A program made the position numbers and the translations under genes. The notes beneath the pieces were generated by a model. That model was not told the DNA's origin. It searched no databases and saw only the letters and a list, made by a program, of their open reading frames with translations. A DNA stretch of 64,000 nucleotides from an uncultured Verrucomicrobiae bacterium. Its GTDB lineage: Bacteria; Verrucomicrobiota; Verrucomicrobiia; Chthoniobacterales; JAFAMB01. The DNA lies in assembly GCA_963837955.1 (NCBI GenBank), contig CAWIPH010000002.1, positions 3,162,623 through 3,226,622 on the forward strand. Reading direction: 5' to 3'. Positions 18,239 to 27,700 of the stretch are shown in pieces; positions within the stretch are counted from its first letter, which is position 1; every line of letters starts with the position of its first letter.

Positions 18239-19932
18239 TCCCGCAGGGATCCAATGAAAGTACCCCAGCAATTCATTGCTGGGGTTAGATTAAAAAGTTG
18301 CGCCCGTCCCGAAGGGGCTTGTCGGACTTTTCAATTGGGTAGCAGATCTGGTAAAAAGGTGGATGCCAGAGCGATATGTAGTCATTGATCGGCAGACGCC
18401 GATGTTGTTGCCGGTCGATTTGCGAGATTGGGTGGCAAAGGATGATTTGGCGCGCTTGATAGCGGAGGCGGTCGATCAATGCGATCTACGGCTAGCTTGT
18501 ACCAATGAGCGGGGTAGCGGTAGTGCGCAGTATCCGCCTGGAATGATGTTGGGCTTACTGATTTACGCTTATGCGCGAGGAGTATTTTCTTCCCGGCGCA
18601 TCGAACAACTCAGTTACGAAAGCCTTTCGGTGCGTTACTTGTGTGGCAACACCCATCCGGATCACGATACCATCGCGAAGTTTCGGCGAGAGAACGGAGC
18701 GTTATTTCGAGAGTGTTTCCGTAGCGTGTTATTGTTGGCGCGGGAATTAGGATTGGTTCGAGTGGGCAAGCTAGCAGTGGATGGAACGCGACTGGAAGCC
18801 AACGCCAATCGCCATCGCTTCAGCACGCGGGAGCAATTAGAGCAAGAAAGGGCTCGAGTCGAAGAGCTCATTAGCGAGCTGATCCAACGAGGGGAAGCGG
18901 CTGATCAAGCTGAAGAGGGCGAAGCAGAGACTGAAGGCTTGCCAGCGGAGTTAGCCGATGGGCAAAAGCGCCGTAAGGCCATCAAAGAAGCTCTAGAGCG
19001 CATCAAGCAACGAGAAGCCCAGCAGCAAGCCGAAAAAGAGCAATTAGCCCAGAGCGGTCGTCAGAGCCAGGCCAAGGAGGTACGGATGAATTTGACCGAT
19101 CCAGACTGTGGGATCTTACACCGTAAAGGGGCAGGTACAGTCATTGGCTATAACGCCCAAATTGGAGTCGATATCCAAGGTGCAGGCCTGATTGTGACTA
19201 ATGCCGTCAGTGCCAAAGGGGGCGACGCGGAGTTATTGAACCAAGTCCTTGAGCAGCTCGCTCCCGAGTTAGGAGCAGTAAAGGAAGTGGTCGTCGATTG
19301 TGGCTATGAGAGCGGACCCAAAGCCTATGAGCTGGAAAAGAGCCTTGGCACCAAAGTCTATTATCCTCCCCGTCCGATCCAAGTCAGTGCTAGTGGACCA
19401 AAACATCGCAACAGCCATAGGCAACGCTTGGCGCGACACATGCGTTATTTAATCAAAAAACGCATCGAGTCCCCCCACGGACAGTGGTTGCAACGTCGGC
19501 GCCAAACGGTAGCTGAGGGTGCTTTTGGTTTTATCAAACGCGCGTTGGGCTTTCAGCGCTTCAGTCTACGCGGCTTGCAAAAAGTTCAGACCGAATGGCA
19601 ACTAGTCTGCTTGGCCTTTAACCTGCGCAAACTGGCCTAAAGAAAACAAAAAGGCTCTGCACCTACCCGCAGCTCCCTTCGCGGAAAATTACGGCTTACC
19701 TCAAAGCTGATCGCAATCCTCCCCTTTACCGTCTCCCTTCCGCCAAAAAAAAGCGGAAAAAACATCACGAAGTCCGACGGCCCCCGAAGGGACGATCGAA
19801 ACGTTCAGTTATTGGCCTCCCATTGTGACTTTAGCGCAAGCGGTGATCGATCGTCCCTTGCGGGACGGACACGTTTTCATAAACTTACCCAGCAATAAAT
19901 TGCTGGGCTACTTTCATTGGGTCCCTGCGGGA
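18239..19932 (+). mobile_element. IS1182/IS5-type insertion sequence with long imperfect terminal inverted repeats
   Basis: A transposase ORF flanked by an ~80-bp imperfect inverted repeat. Left arm 18240-18320: CCCGCAGGGATCCAATGAAAGTACCCCAGCAATTCATTGCTGGGG... Its reverse-complement partner is at 19851-19931. An inner 25-bp inverted repeat is also present (18305-18329 CGTCCCGAAGGGGCTTGTCGGACTT; 19771-19795 AAGTCCGACGGCCCCCGAAGGGACG). No clear target-site duplication was seen, so the exact ends are uncertain. Confidence 0.6.
18363..19640 (+). CDS. IS1182/IS5-family DDE transposase
   Basis: 425-aa ORF. The N-terminal block (QTPMLLPVDLRDWVAKDDLARLI...YPPGMMLGLLIYAY) is typical of the InsH-N-type domain. 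This is followed by a coiled Glu/Gln-rich linker and a C-terminal DDE region (VVDCGYES...AEGAFGFIKRALGFQRFSLRGL). Confidence 0.9.
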   Translation: MPERYVVIDRQTPMLLPVDLRDWVAKDDLARLIAEAVDQCDLRLACTNERGSGSAQYPPGMMLGLLIYAYARGVFSSRRIEQLSYESLSVRYLCGNTHPDHDTIAKFRRENGALFRECFRSVLLLARELGLVRVGKLAVDGTRLEANANRHRFSTREQLEQERARVEELISELIQRGEAADQAEEGEAETEGLPAELADGQKRRKAIKEALERIKQREAQQQAEKEQLAQSGRQSQAKEVRMNLTDPDCGILHRKGAGTVIGYNAQIGVDIQGAGLIVTNAVSAKGGDAELLNQVLEQLAPELGAVKEVVVDCGYESGPKAYELEKSLGTKVYYPPRPIQVSASGPKHRNSHRQRLARHMRYLIKKRIESPHGQWLQRRRQTVAEGAFGFIKRALGFQRFSLRGLQKVQTEWQLVCLAFNLRKLA

Positions 19933-20064
19933 CGGCTCCTCTCGGCGTACATGCCTGTCCTTCCGTTGATGACCGCGCTCTTCCAACGCGCACTCGACGA
20001 GGTCGAACGACGCGTTCGCGCCATTTTCACTCGTCGAGCTCCGTGTAGACAACGCGCGATTAAT

Positions 20065-20457
20065 CTATTTCGTCGCGTAAGCAATTATCGCAATGGCGGC
20101 GCCCTGCGGGTCCTGAAGCACGGCGAATCGGCCCACTTCGGGAATATCGCGCGGCGGCGCCATAACTTTCCCGCCGAGCTTCTCTGCCTGCTTCGCCGTG
20201 GTATCGACATTGTCCACGGTCACATAGCTTATCCAGGCCGGCGGCATGCCCTTCGCCGTTGGTGGTATCGGCATGATACCGCCCTGACCAGTTTCGCTGC
20301 CGCTTGGTCTCACCACCGTGTAAGTGAACTCAGGCATCGGCCACTCCTGACTAGTCCACCCGAACAGCTGCGTATAAAACTTCGTTGCTCCGGCCGGATC
20401 GGTCGTCGCCAGTTCGTTCCAACTGAACTGACCATGTTTGGTTTCTGAGGGTTCCAT
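20065..20457 (-). CDS. VOC (glyoxalase/bleomycin-resistance fold) family protein
   Basis: 130-aa ORF with FSWNELATTDPAGATKFYTQLFGW ... GRFAVLQDPQGAAIAI, the typical single-domain VOC pattern. Confidence 0.85.
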   Translation of the reverse strand: MEPSETKHGQFSWNELATTDPAGATKFYTQLFGWTSQEWPMPEFTYTVVRPSGSETGQGGIMPIPPTAKGMPPAWISYVTVDNVDTTAKQAEKLGGKVMAPPRDIPEVGRFAVLQDPQGAAIAIIAYATK

Positions 20458-20506
20458 GTGTTTTGGTCTTTTTTTTTGGGGTCTGCTTTGTTGTTTAACA
20501 GGAAAA

Positions 20507-20959
20507 TCAGCTCACGAGATATTTTTCCAGTTTGTCCAAGGCACCGATCCAACCATGCGCGTGGGCGTCACGCGACTCGGCGCTTGGCAGTTGCTCGTGC
20601 GTGAGGTGAATCGTAGTTAAGCCACCGACTTCGACAAATTCGACTGTCACCAAACTCGATCCGACTTCAAATTCCGGATTACCCTCCCACTGCCAGGTGT
20701 AAACTAATTTCGAAGGCGGTATTACTTCCCGGTATTGCCCGCGTACTCTCACCTCACCCAGCGTTGGAGTTGATGTGTAAAAGCAATACTCGCCACCAAC
20801 ACGCAAATCCACCTGGGCATCCAGGACGCGGCCGGCCTCGGGCCCGAACCACATTTTAATCTCCTCCGGGCTAGTCCAAGCAGCAAACACGCGTTCGCGT
20901 GGTGCTGCGATCACGCGGCTTATTTGCAGGACCGGTTTTTCTTCAGCCGCCTCACTCAT
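20507..20959 (-). CDS. SRPBCC (AHSA1/START-like) domain protein, paralog 1
   Basis: 150-aa ORF. RVIAAPRERVFAAWTSPEEIKMWFGP ... THEQLPSAESRDAHAHGWIGALDKLEKYL is the typical Aha1-like SRPBCC pattern. It is clearly paralogous to 21037..21492. Confidence 0.85.
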   Translation of the reverse strand: MSEAAEEKPVLQISRVIAAPRERVFAAWTSPEEIKMWFGPEAGRVLDAQVDLRVGGEYCFYTSTPTLGEVRVRGQYREVIPPSKLVYTWQWEGNPEFEVGSSLVTVEFVEVGGLTTIHLTHEQLPSAESRDAHAHGWIGALDKLEKYLVS

Positions 20960-21036
20960 GCTCTGTCTTTCCTTTTCTCTTCGCTGGGTCAGTGTCGACG
21001 ATGATCCCCGTTTCGTTTATTGGTTAACGGAGAAAC

Positions 21037-21492
21037 TCAGCTGGCCAGATACTTTTCCAGCTTGTCAAGAGTTCCGCTCCAGCCCTGACCATGATCGTCC
21101 CGCGCTTCGGCGTTGGGCAGCTGTTCGTGAGTGAGTCGAATCTCGGTTGAGCCGCCGACCTCGGAAAATTCGACACTGACGATGCTGGATTCGAGTTCCA
21201 GTTCCGAGTTGCCTTCCCAGGACCAGGTATAAATCAACTTCGACGGCGGTGTGACCTCCCGATATTGTCCGCGTAACCTCAACTCACCCATTTTCTTGTC
21301 CGACAGATGAAAACAATACTCGCCGCCAACCCGTAGATCGACCCGCGCATCCAGAACGCGACACGTTTCAGGTCCGAACCAGATTTTGATTGCTTCCGGC
21401 GTGGTCCAAGCAGCAAAAACGCGTTCACACGGAGCTGCAATCACGCGGTTCATTTGCAGAACCGGCTTTTCTTCAACCGCCTTGTCCATCAT
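21037..21492 (-). CDS. SRPBCC (AHSA1/START-like) domain protein, paralog 2
   Basis: 151-aa ORF collinear with 20507..20959 over its full length (NRVIAAPCERVFAAWTTPEAIKIWFGP...). The start overlaps the upstream ArsR stop by 4 nt. Confidence 0.85.
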   Translation of the reverse strand: MMDKAVEEKPVLQMNRVIAAPCERVFAAWTTPEAIKIWFGPETCRVLDARVDLRVGGEYCFHLSDKKMGELRLRGQYREVTPPSKLIYTWSWEGNSELELESSIVSVEFSEVGGSTEIRLTHEQLPNAEARDDHGQGWSGTLDKLEKYLAS

Positions 21493-21851
21493 CTGCCTTT
21501 CTTTTGTCGTTGTTGTTTTTCCAGATAATCTGCCAAGGCATCAAACTGCCCCTCCCAAAATCCCCGATAACGCTCGATCCAGTTGGCCACGTCACGCATC
21601 GGCTTCGCCTCGAGTCGCAGGCGATGCACGCGTCCATCACGCTCTCGGGTAATCAGGCCAGCTTTCTCGAGGACACGCAGATGCTTGGAAACCGCCGGCA
21701 GCGAAATAGAGAAAGGCTTGGCTAGGTCCGTCACGCAGAGTTCCGCGTGAGCCAGCAGATCGAGGATGCGGCGACGGGTTGGATCGGACAAAGCGGCGAA
21801 GATTACATCCAGAGAGGCTGCCTCGAGATATTTAACCATGCGGTTTAGCAT
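21489..21851 (-). CDS. ArsR/SmtB family winged-helix transcriptional regulator
   Basis: 120-aa ORF. FAALSDPTRRRILDLLAHAELCVTDLAKPFSISLPAVSKHLRVLEKAGLI is the canonical ArsR HTH region. Confidence 0.9.
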   Translation of the reverse strand: MLNRMVKYLEAASLDVIFAALSDPTRRRILDLLAHAELCVTDLAKPFSISLPAVSKHLRVLEKAGLITRERDGRVHRLRLEAKPMRDVANWIERYRGFWEGQFDALADYLEKQQRQKKGR

Positions 21852-21962
21852 TCGGCTCGCCGACCCGTTCCTGCAAGCAAAATCTTTTAAGAGCTCGATA
21901 GACGCGAATATGGGTCCAATGAGTCACATGGGACCTATGCGACCTATGGGGCTTTCGAATAG

Positions 21963-23402
21963 TTAGCGTGAAATATTCCGACGCAAATCTCTTAAAGCGG
22001 CGTTAGCAGCGTGAAACCCACACATTCCATGGACGCCTCCTCCTGGCGGAGTTGACGAGGAGCAAAGGTAAACACCTTTGAGCGCAGTACGATAAGGTAC
22101 TGAACTGAGGATTGGTCGAGCAATCAATTGCCCCAGATTATTGGCGCCTCCGGTGATACTTCCGCCGATCAAGTTCGGATTAATTTTTTCAAGCTCGGCA
22201 GCCGGAGTGACATGGCTGGCCAGAACGCGGTCTTTGAACCCGGGAGCAAATCGAGCTATTTGCTTTTCAAAAAGTTTCGTCATATCCCACGACGAGCCAT
22301 TGGGTACGTGACCGTACACCCAGGCGATATGCTGGTTTGAGGGAGCCCGCGTGGAATCGACCACCGTCGGTTGGCTCAGGAGAAGAAATGGATGCTCGGC
22401 GTGCCTGCCTCGAGAAACCTGGTACTCGGCCTGTGCTATCTCCTGAAAAGTTCCTCCAAGATGAACCGTGCCGGCTCTTTCGCAATCCGGATGGATCCAC
22501 GGAATGGGACCATCGAGCGCGTAGTCGATCTTAAAGATGCCGGGGCCATATTTGAATCGCTCGAGCTTTCGCCGGTAACTCGACGGAAGGAGATCGCCTA
22601 AAATTTGAACCAGCTGTCGTGGCGTTACATCAAATAGAACAACCCGTGATTCTGGCAATTGCCGCAACCTGGCAACAGAGAGGTCAGTTTGAATTTTCCC
22701 GCCAAGCGCCTGAAAATGTTGAGCCAAAGCGCGAGCAATTGCTTGCGCTCCACCGGTTGGAATCGGCCAGCCAACTGCATGACCTAGCATCCCGAGAATA
22801 AGAGCAAACGCTCCAGAACCGGATTCGGTCAGAGGTAAGAAAGAATGAGCAGCTAAGCCCGCCAGAAGTGCTTTGCCGGGCTCCCGCGAAAAACGGCTTC
22901 GGACCAGGTGATCAACGGAAGTCAGTGCCAGACTTCCGAACCTCGCCATCTGGAAAGGACGCCGGGGAAAGTGAATGATCGGCTGGAGAAACTCCTCCAG
23001 TAAACTCTGCCAGCGCGAAACCATCGGTTCAAACAGGTTCCGGTACGCTTTCGCATCTCGTCCAAGAACGTCGCCAGTTTCACTGACCGATCGCCGAAGA
23101 GTTGCGATCTCTGTTTGATTGATTGGGTGGGCTAAAGGGATCTCCGGCTGGCACCAGCTGAGACCATATTTTTCGAGGGGCAGAGAAGAGAAAAAAGGTG
23201 ACCCCAGAGCCAATGGATGAACCGCCGAACCGATATCGTGTTGAAAGCCTGGCAGAGTCAGCTCTTCGGTCCGGCAAGCGCCCCCAACCTCTTTATTACG
23301 TTCCAATACGAGGGTGGAGAAACCATCCTGCGCGATTCGAATGGCAGCAGCCAAGCCGTTTGGTCCTGCACCAACCACTACTGCATCATATTCGTAGACC
23401 AC
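21963..23402 (-). CDS. Phytoene-desaturase (CrtI)-family NAD(P)/FAD-dependent oxidoreductase
   Basis: 479-aa ORF with N-terminal YDAVVVGAGPNGLAAAIRIAQDG and C-terminal VYLCSSSTPPGGGVHGMCG, typical of the CrtI-like amine-oxidase fold. Confidence 0.85.
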   Translation of the reverse strand: MVYEYDAVVVGAGPNGLAAAIRIAQDGFSTLVLERNKEVGGACRTEELTLPGFQHDIGSAVHPLALGSPFFSSLPLEKYGLSWCQPEIPLAHPINQTEIATLRRSVSETGDVLGRDAKAYRNLFEPMVSRWQSLLEEFLQPIIHFPRRPFQMARFGSLALTSVDHLVRSRFSREPGKALLAGLAAHSFLPLTESGSGAFALILGMLGHAVGWPIPTGGAQAIARALAQHFQALGGKIQTDLSVARLRQLPESRVVLFDVTPRQLVQILGDLLPSSYRRKLERFKYGPGIFKIDYALDGPIPWIHPDCERAGTVHLGGTFQEIAQAEYQVSRGRHAEHPFLLLSQPTVVDSTRAPSNQHIAWVYGHVPNGSSWDMTKLFEKQIARFAPGFKDRVLASHVTPAAELEKINPNLIGGSITGGANNLGQLIARPILSSVPYRTALKGVYLCSSSTPPGGGVHGMCGFHAANAALRDLRRNISR

Positions 23403-23453
23403 GTTTTTGCCGTTTTTGTCGCCATTTAGCCGGCTTTTTTCACCGATGCTCCC

Positions 23454-24476
23454 CTATTCAAGGCGATCAAATCCCTTGAGCCGATAGAGAAGTACCGAAC
23501 CGCCCCAACTCAGGATGAAAAAGGCGATAATGAAAAATCCGAGCGCGCCAAATCCGCTATTCAGATTTTCGATCAGGTCCCAGATGCCGCCGCGAAATTC
23601 GAGCTTATCCCTCAGCAAACGGAGCACTTCGATACCACCGATTACAAGAGCTACTACGACGGAGACGAAAGTGATCGTCATGTTGTAGTAGAGCTTCCGG
23701 ATCGGTTTAGCAAACGCCCATCCGTATGCGCCAACCATTAGGATACCGTCTGTCGTATCAACGAATGTCATGCCGGCAGTGAACAGGACCGGGAACACCA
23801 TCATTGAACTTACCGAAAGGCCTTTTGTGGCCGCAGCAGCGGACACCCCAAGAACCGCTATTTCGGTTGCCGTATCAAAGCCGAGCCCGAACAGAAATCC
23901 GATTGGATACATCTGCCAACTCGACGAAAGCGACCGAAACAAAGGGTGAAAGATTCGCGCCATCACCCCACCGGGCATGAGAAGTCCATCTAATTCCCGG
24001 TTGTCGTAACGCACCCCGTTTTTGACCCTTCGGAAGGTTCGATACACGTTTCCCAGGATCCAAATATTCATTAGCGCGATGCCGATCAGGAAAATTGCCG
24101 AAATCGAGGTGCCGACCAAGTTCCCGATCTCTTTCAAAGCGACAAATTGATTCTGCAGGCTTGAGGCCGCGAGATAGACTCCCAGCGATGCGATGAGGAC
24201 AACCGTCGAATGTCCAAGGGAGAAAAAGAATCCCACGGCAGCCGGCCTCTTACCGTCCTGCATGAGCTTCCGGGTCACATTGTCAATTGCGGCAATGTGA
24301 TCTGCGTCGACCGCGTGTCGCAATCCGAACGTGTAAGAAATTAACGCCGTCCCCAGCAGAAGAGTGTTATCTCGGAATGCAATTAACGCCCAAACCCAGC
24401 CGGAAAGATTGACCGCGGCCAAAAAGCCGTAGAACCCGAAGACCTTCTTCCTAAACATTTCGCCCGCGGTATTCAT
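23454..24476 (-). CDS. HoxN/HupN/NixA (NiCoT) family nickel/cobalt transporter
   Basis: 340-aa polytopic ORF with the NiCoT signature in TM2 (LRHAVDADHIAAIDN) and the second conserved block FSLGHSTVV. Confidence 0.9.
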   Translation of the reverse strand: MNTAGEMFRKKVFGFYGFLAAVNLSGWVWALIAFRDNTLLLGTALISYTFGLRHAVDADHIAAIDNVTRKLMQDGKRPAAVGFFFSLGHSTVVLIASLGVYLAASSLQNQFVALKEIGNLVGTSISAIFLIGIALMNIWILGNVYRTFRRVKNGVRYDNRELDGLLMPGGVMARIFHPLFRSLSSSWQMYPIGFLFGLGFDTATEIAVLGVSAAAATKGLSVSSMMVFPVLFTAGMTFVDTTDGILMVGAYGWAFAKPIRKLYYNMTITFVSVVVALVIGGIEVLRLLRDKLEFRGGIWDLIENLNSGFGALGFFIIAFFILSWGGSVLLYRLKGFDRLE

Positions 24477-24796
24477 GATCCACTCAGTGCCGAAGGAAGA
24501 ATGGTCTTGGAATGATTCAAGGACAACTTCGATTGCGTGCCGTTCCGTCGTATTCTCGCGATCGAGTGCTCCGGTTCCTGATTTTCCGTGTTTTCTTAAT
24601 CAGCAAGTTCTCCGCCACCCCCATTTCTGGCCGCTCCGGTTGCTGGCGCGCTGTGTTACGCCTCGCGAGTAATTCAGCGAATAATCACTATTCGCCAGGC
24701 TCCGGTCAAAGACGCTTCAATTGAATTTATAGAGTAGACAGACGCCGAATTTTGCTCGTTTTCCGGGTCGCCAGCTGAGACCATGGCGTCTCCTCT

Positions 24797-27700
24797 ATGT
24801 TTCAAAATGCTCGAGCGTTCCTCGGAACGCTAATCGCATGCGCCCTGGCTCCGGCAGCTCTTGCTGCGGATAAAGATGTTGAGCTGTTAGCTGACGCAGA
24901 GTTTCTACAACCCACTAGTACTCTCGAATTTCGGTTCGCTACCGCGGTAGCGACTAAGGATGACGTTGGCGCGGTTCCGGCCATTGCGCCTATCGAAATC
25001 AGACCTGCTTTGGCCGGTGCTTTCACTTGGTTAAGCCAGCGGAGCGGTGTCTTTGTGCCGAGCCGGCCGCCACCGCTGGGAACAGAATTCGTTGTCAGCA
25101 TTCGGCCCGACTTTCAGGATCTGAGTGGACGCCGAATCGGGAAAGATTTTAGCGCTGTAGTCAAAACGCCGGCCTACGCTATTACCCGTGCCGTTGTTTC
25201 GGAAGATGAAGCTGGTTCGCCCAAACCAGCGGTTCGCATCGCCTTGAACCTCGATACGCAGCTGAGCCCTGAGTTGTTTCGGTTCGTAAATCAAGCCGGC
25301 GACTCTGTACCCGGGGAAGTTCGTTACGCGAAAACCATCGATTATTTTCAGCTCGCCCCTGAATTGTTGGACTGGAATCGGCGATGGGAAAATCGCGACC
25401 GAGCCAGCGCCAGCACTCAAGAATACGGCGAAGAGGATCAGGAAAAGACGCAGCCCGATCGTCTCATCGTCACACCGAAGGAACCGCTTGATCCGGGAAA
25501 ACAGTGGCAGCTGGAGATTGCGCCTGGTTTGAAGCCAATCTCTGGAAACGAAGTAATCACCACAGCGAAAATTGTTCCGATCGGAGTGGTAAAACCGTTC
25601 ACGGTTAAAAATCTTCTTCCAACTAACTACATCCATTCCGGTAAAACGCTGACGGTAGAGTTCTCGCGCGAGCTAGCGCCAGACATCACCGCAGAATCGG
25701 CGGCTCGCTTCATCCGAATCGAACCGGCGGTAGATCATCTGCGATACGAAAGTGACTTCGACCAGGTTAAAGTTTTCGGAGCATTCACACTAGGCCAGAC
25801 CTATCAGATCACATTCAGTCCGGAGATAGTCGACAAGTTTGGCATGCCGATGGAAGGCGAACATTCGCGATCCTTCCAATTCGCACCGGTGAAGCCACGG
25901 GTCTACCTCCCGGTGATTTCCGGCGATCAGTATCGAAATGGCCATCGGCAATTTGAAGTGCTTTCGGTCAACGTCCGGCGGCTGCAAGTCCGCGCTGTTT
26001 TAGTCGACCCGGCAAATGGACCGGCGGCGAAGAAAGCATTCGCAACTTACGATCATGACGAAGAAAGATCGGCACCGGAGGATGAACCGAATCAGCGAAT
26101 CTCAGAGGATAAGATCCGCGGAAAAGTGATTTACGATCATTCGTTCGAAGTCGCAGGAGCGGAAGTAGACGCCCGACTGAAGACGCAGCTTGATTGGAGT
26201 GAAATTGCAGGGGCCAGTCGGGGCGGAATGATTCTTCTCACGGTGGAAGGCGACCCGATCTCGGGAACCGGGAATCAAAGAATTGGTGCGCAGGCGCTCA
26301 TTCAATTGACCGATATCGGCGTATTTTGGACACGTGAATCGGATAAATTGCGTTTCTCATTATTTTCTCTGAGTTCGGGCGCCCCGTTGGCGCCAGCCGA
26401 AATTCTCTTCTTGAATGAGAACCGCGTTCAGCTCAATCGCGTTACTAGCGACGGGACCGGCTCCGCCAGCGTTCCCTTTTCGCCAGAAATCGAATGGGTA
26501 GTAGTTAAGCAACGCGATGACTCCTACACTCTCAACCTAGGCAAAGAAGCCAGCGTGCTTCCGGCTGCGGGATTCAATCTGCAGATTTACTACCCGCAAT
26601 GGGAGGCGGAGCAAGTTGCCGAAGGCGTCCGTTCCTTTCTGTTCACCGACCGGCCCCTCTACCGGCCGGGAGAAACCGTTCATGTGCGAGGATTTGTCCG
26701 GACGCTCAAACGTTCCGGACTCGAATCGCCCAAGGCCTGGAAAGGTCAGGCCAACGTAATCGATGCTCATGGAGACACAGTATTCTCGGGCGAAGTTCTC
26801 ACGGATGCTCAAGGAGCTTTCCAGACCGATATCCCTTTGAAGGCAACAACGCTCGGCCGCCAATCGCTGCGCATCAGATTCGGAGCCGAAACCGAAGACT
26901 CAGATGAAAGCTACGGATCGGCAGAAGCCAGCTTTGAAGTTGCCGATTACGAGCCAAATGCTTTCCAGCTCGATCTCAACATGCCAGAGCAGTTTACGCC
27001 AAGCGCACTGGCCCGCGCCGAAGTATCCGGGAAATATTTGTTTGGCGCTCCACTCACGCGCGCACAAGTCCGCTGGACACTCCAAACAACATCAGCTGTT
27101 TTCGCTCCAACCGGATTTGAAAATTTCCAATTCGCTACCGAAGACCCGCAACCAAAGACGACGACCGTCACCGGCTCTGGCAGCTATGATGGCGTCCATC
27201 CTTTGGTGATCAATCCGGAACTGCCAAAAACCAACGGACGACTCCTGCAGGGGGTCTTGACCGTCGACATGACCGATCTGAATCAGCAAACCGTCACTGA
27301 ATCTCGGCTTTTCCACAAAGACCCGGCCGCCTTCTATCTCGGCGTCGCTCGCGCGGAAAACTCCGTAATCAAGGCTGGAGAACGCGTGCCGATTCAGTGC
27401 ATCGCAGTAACTCCTGAAGGCAAGCCGCTGGAGCAGGCGGTGGATGTACAGGTTGAGGTTATTCAAAAGCGTAACGAGACGGTGCGAGTTAAGGGTGCAG
27501 GCAAGAGCGTTTCGTTTCGAACGAATCAAGTCGAAGAGTCGATCGCCCAAACCCGTGGCCAAACCCTGCAGCCTGTCCTGACTTCTTCTCAATGGCTGAT
27601 CACAGAGGGAAAAACTGCCGAGATTACGCTGCCTGCAGCCGGCGAATACCTGGTACGCGCAAATGCCCGGGATCCAGATGGACAGCAGGTTACAACGGAG

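Noticed and set aside
19825-20448. 207-aa + strand ORF
   Set aside because: It starts inside the right inverted repeat of the IS and runs antisense through the well-supported VOC gene (20065..20457). Its Arg-rich composition looks off-frame.
24477-24796. Possible cobalamin or NiCo riboswitch in the ~320-nt region upstream of the NiCoT transporter gene
   Set aside because: Reading the minus-strand leader, I found no B12 box (GCCACTG / AGYCMGGAGACCKGCC-like) and no recognisable conserved riboswitch core. The region is also the divergent promoter for the A2M gene. An Rfam/Infernal scan would settle it.
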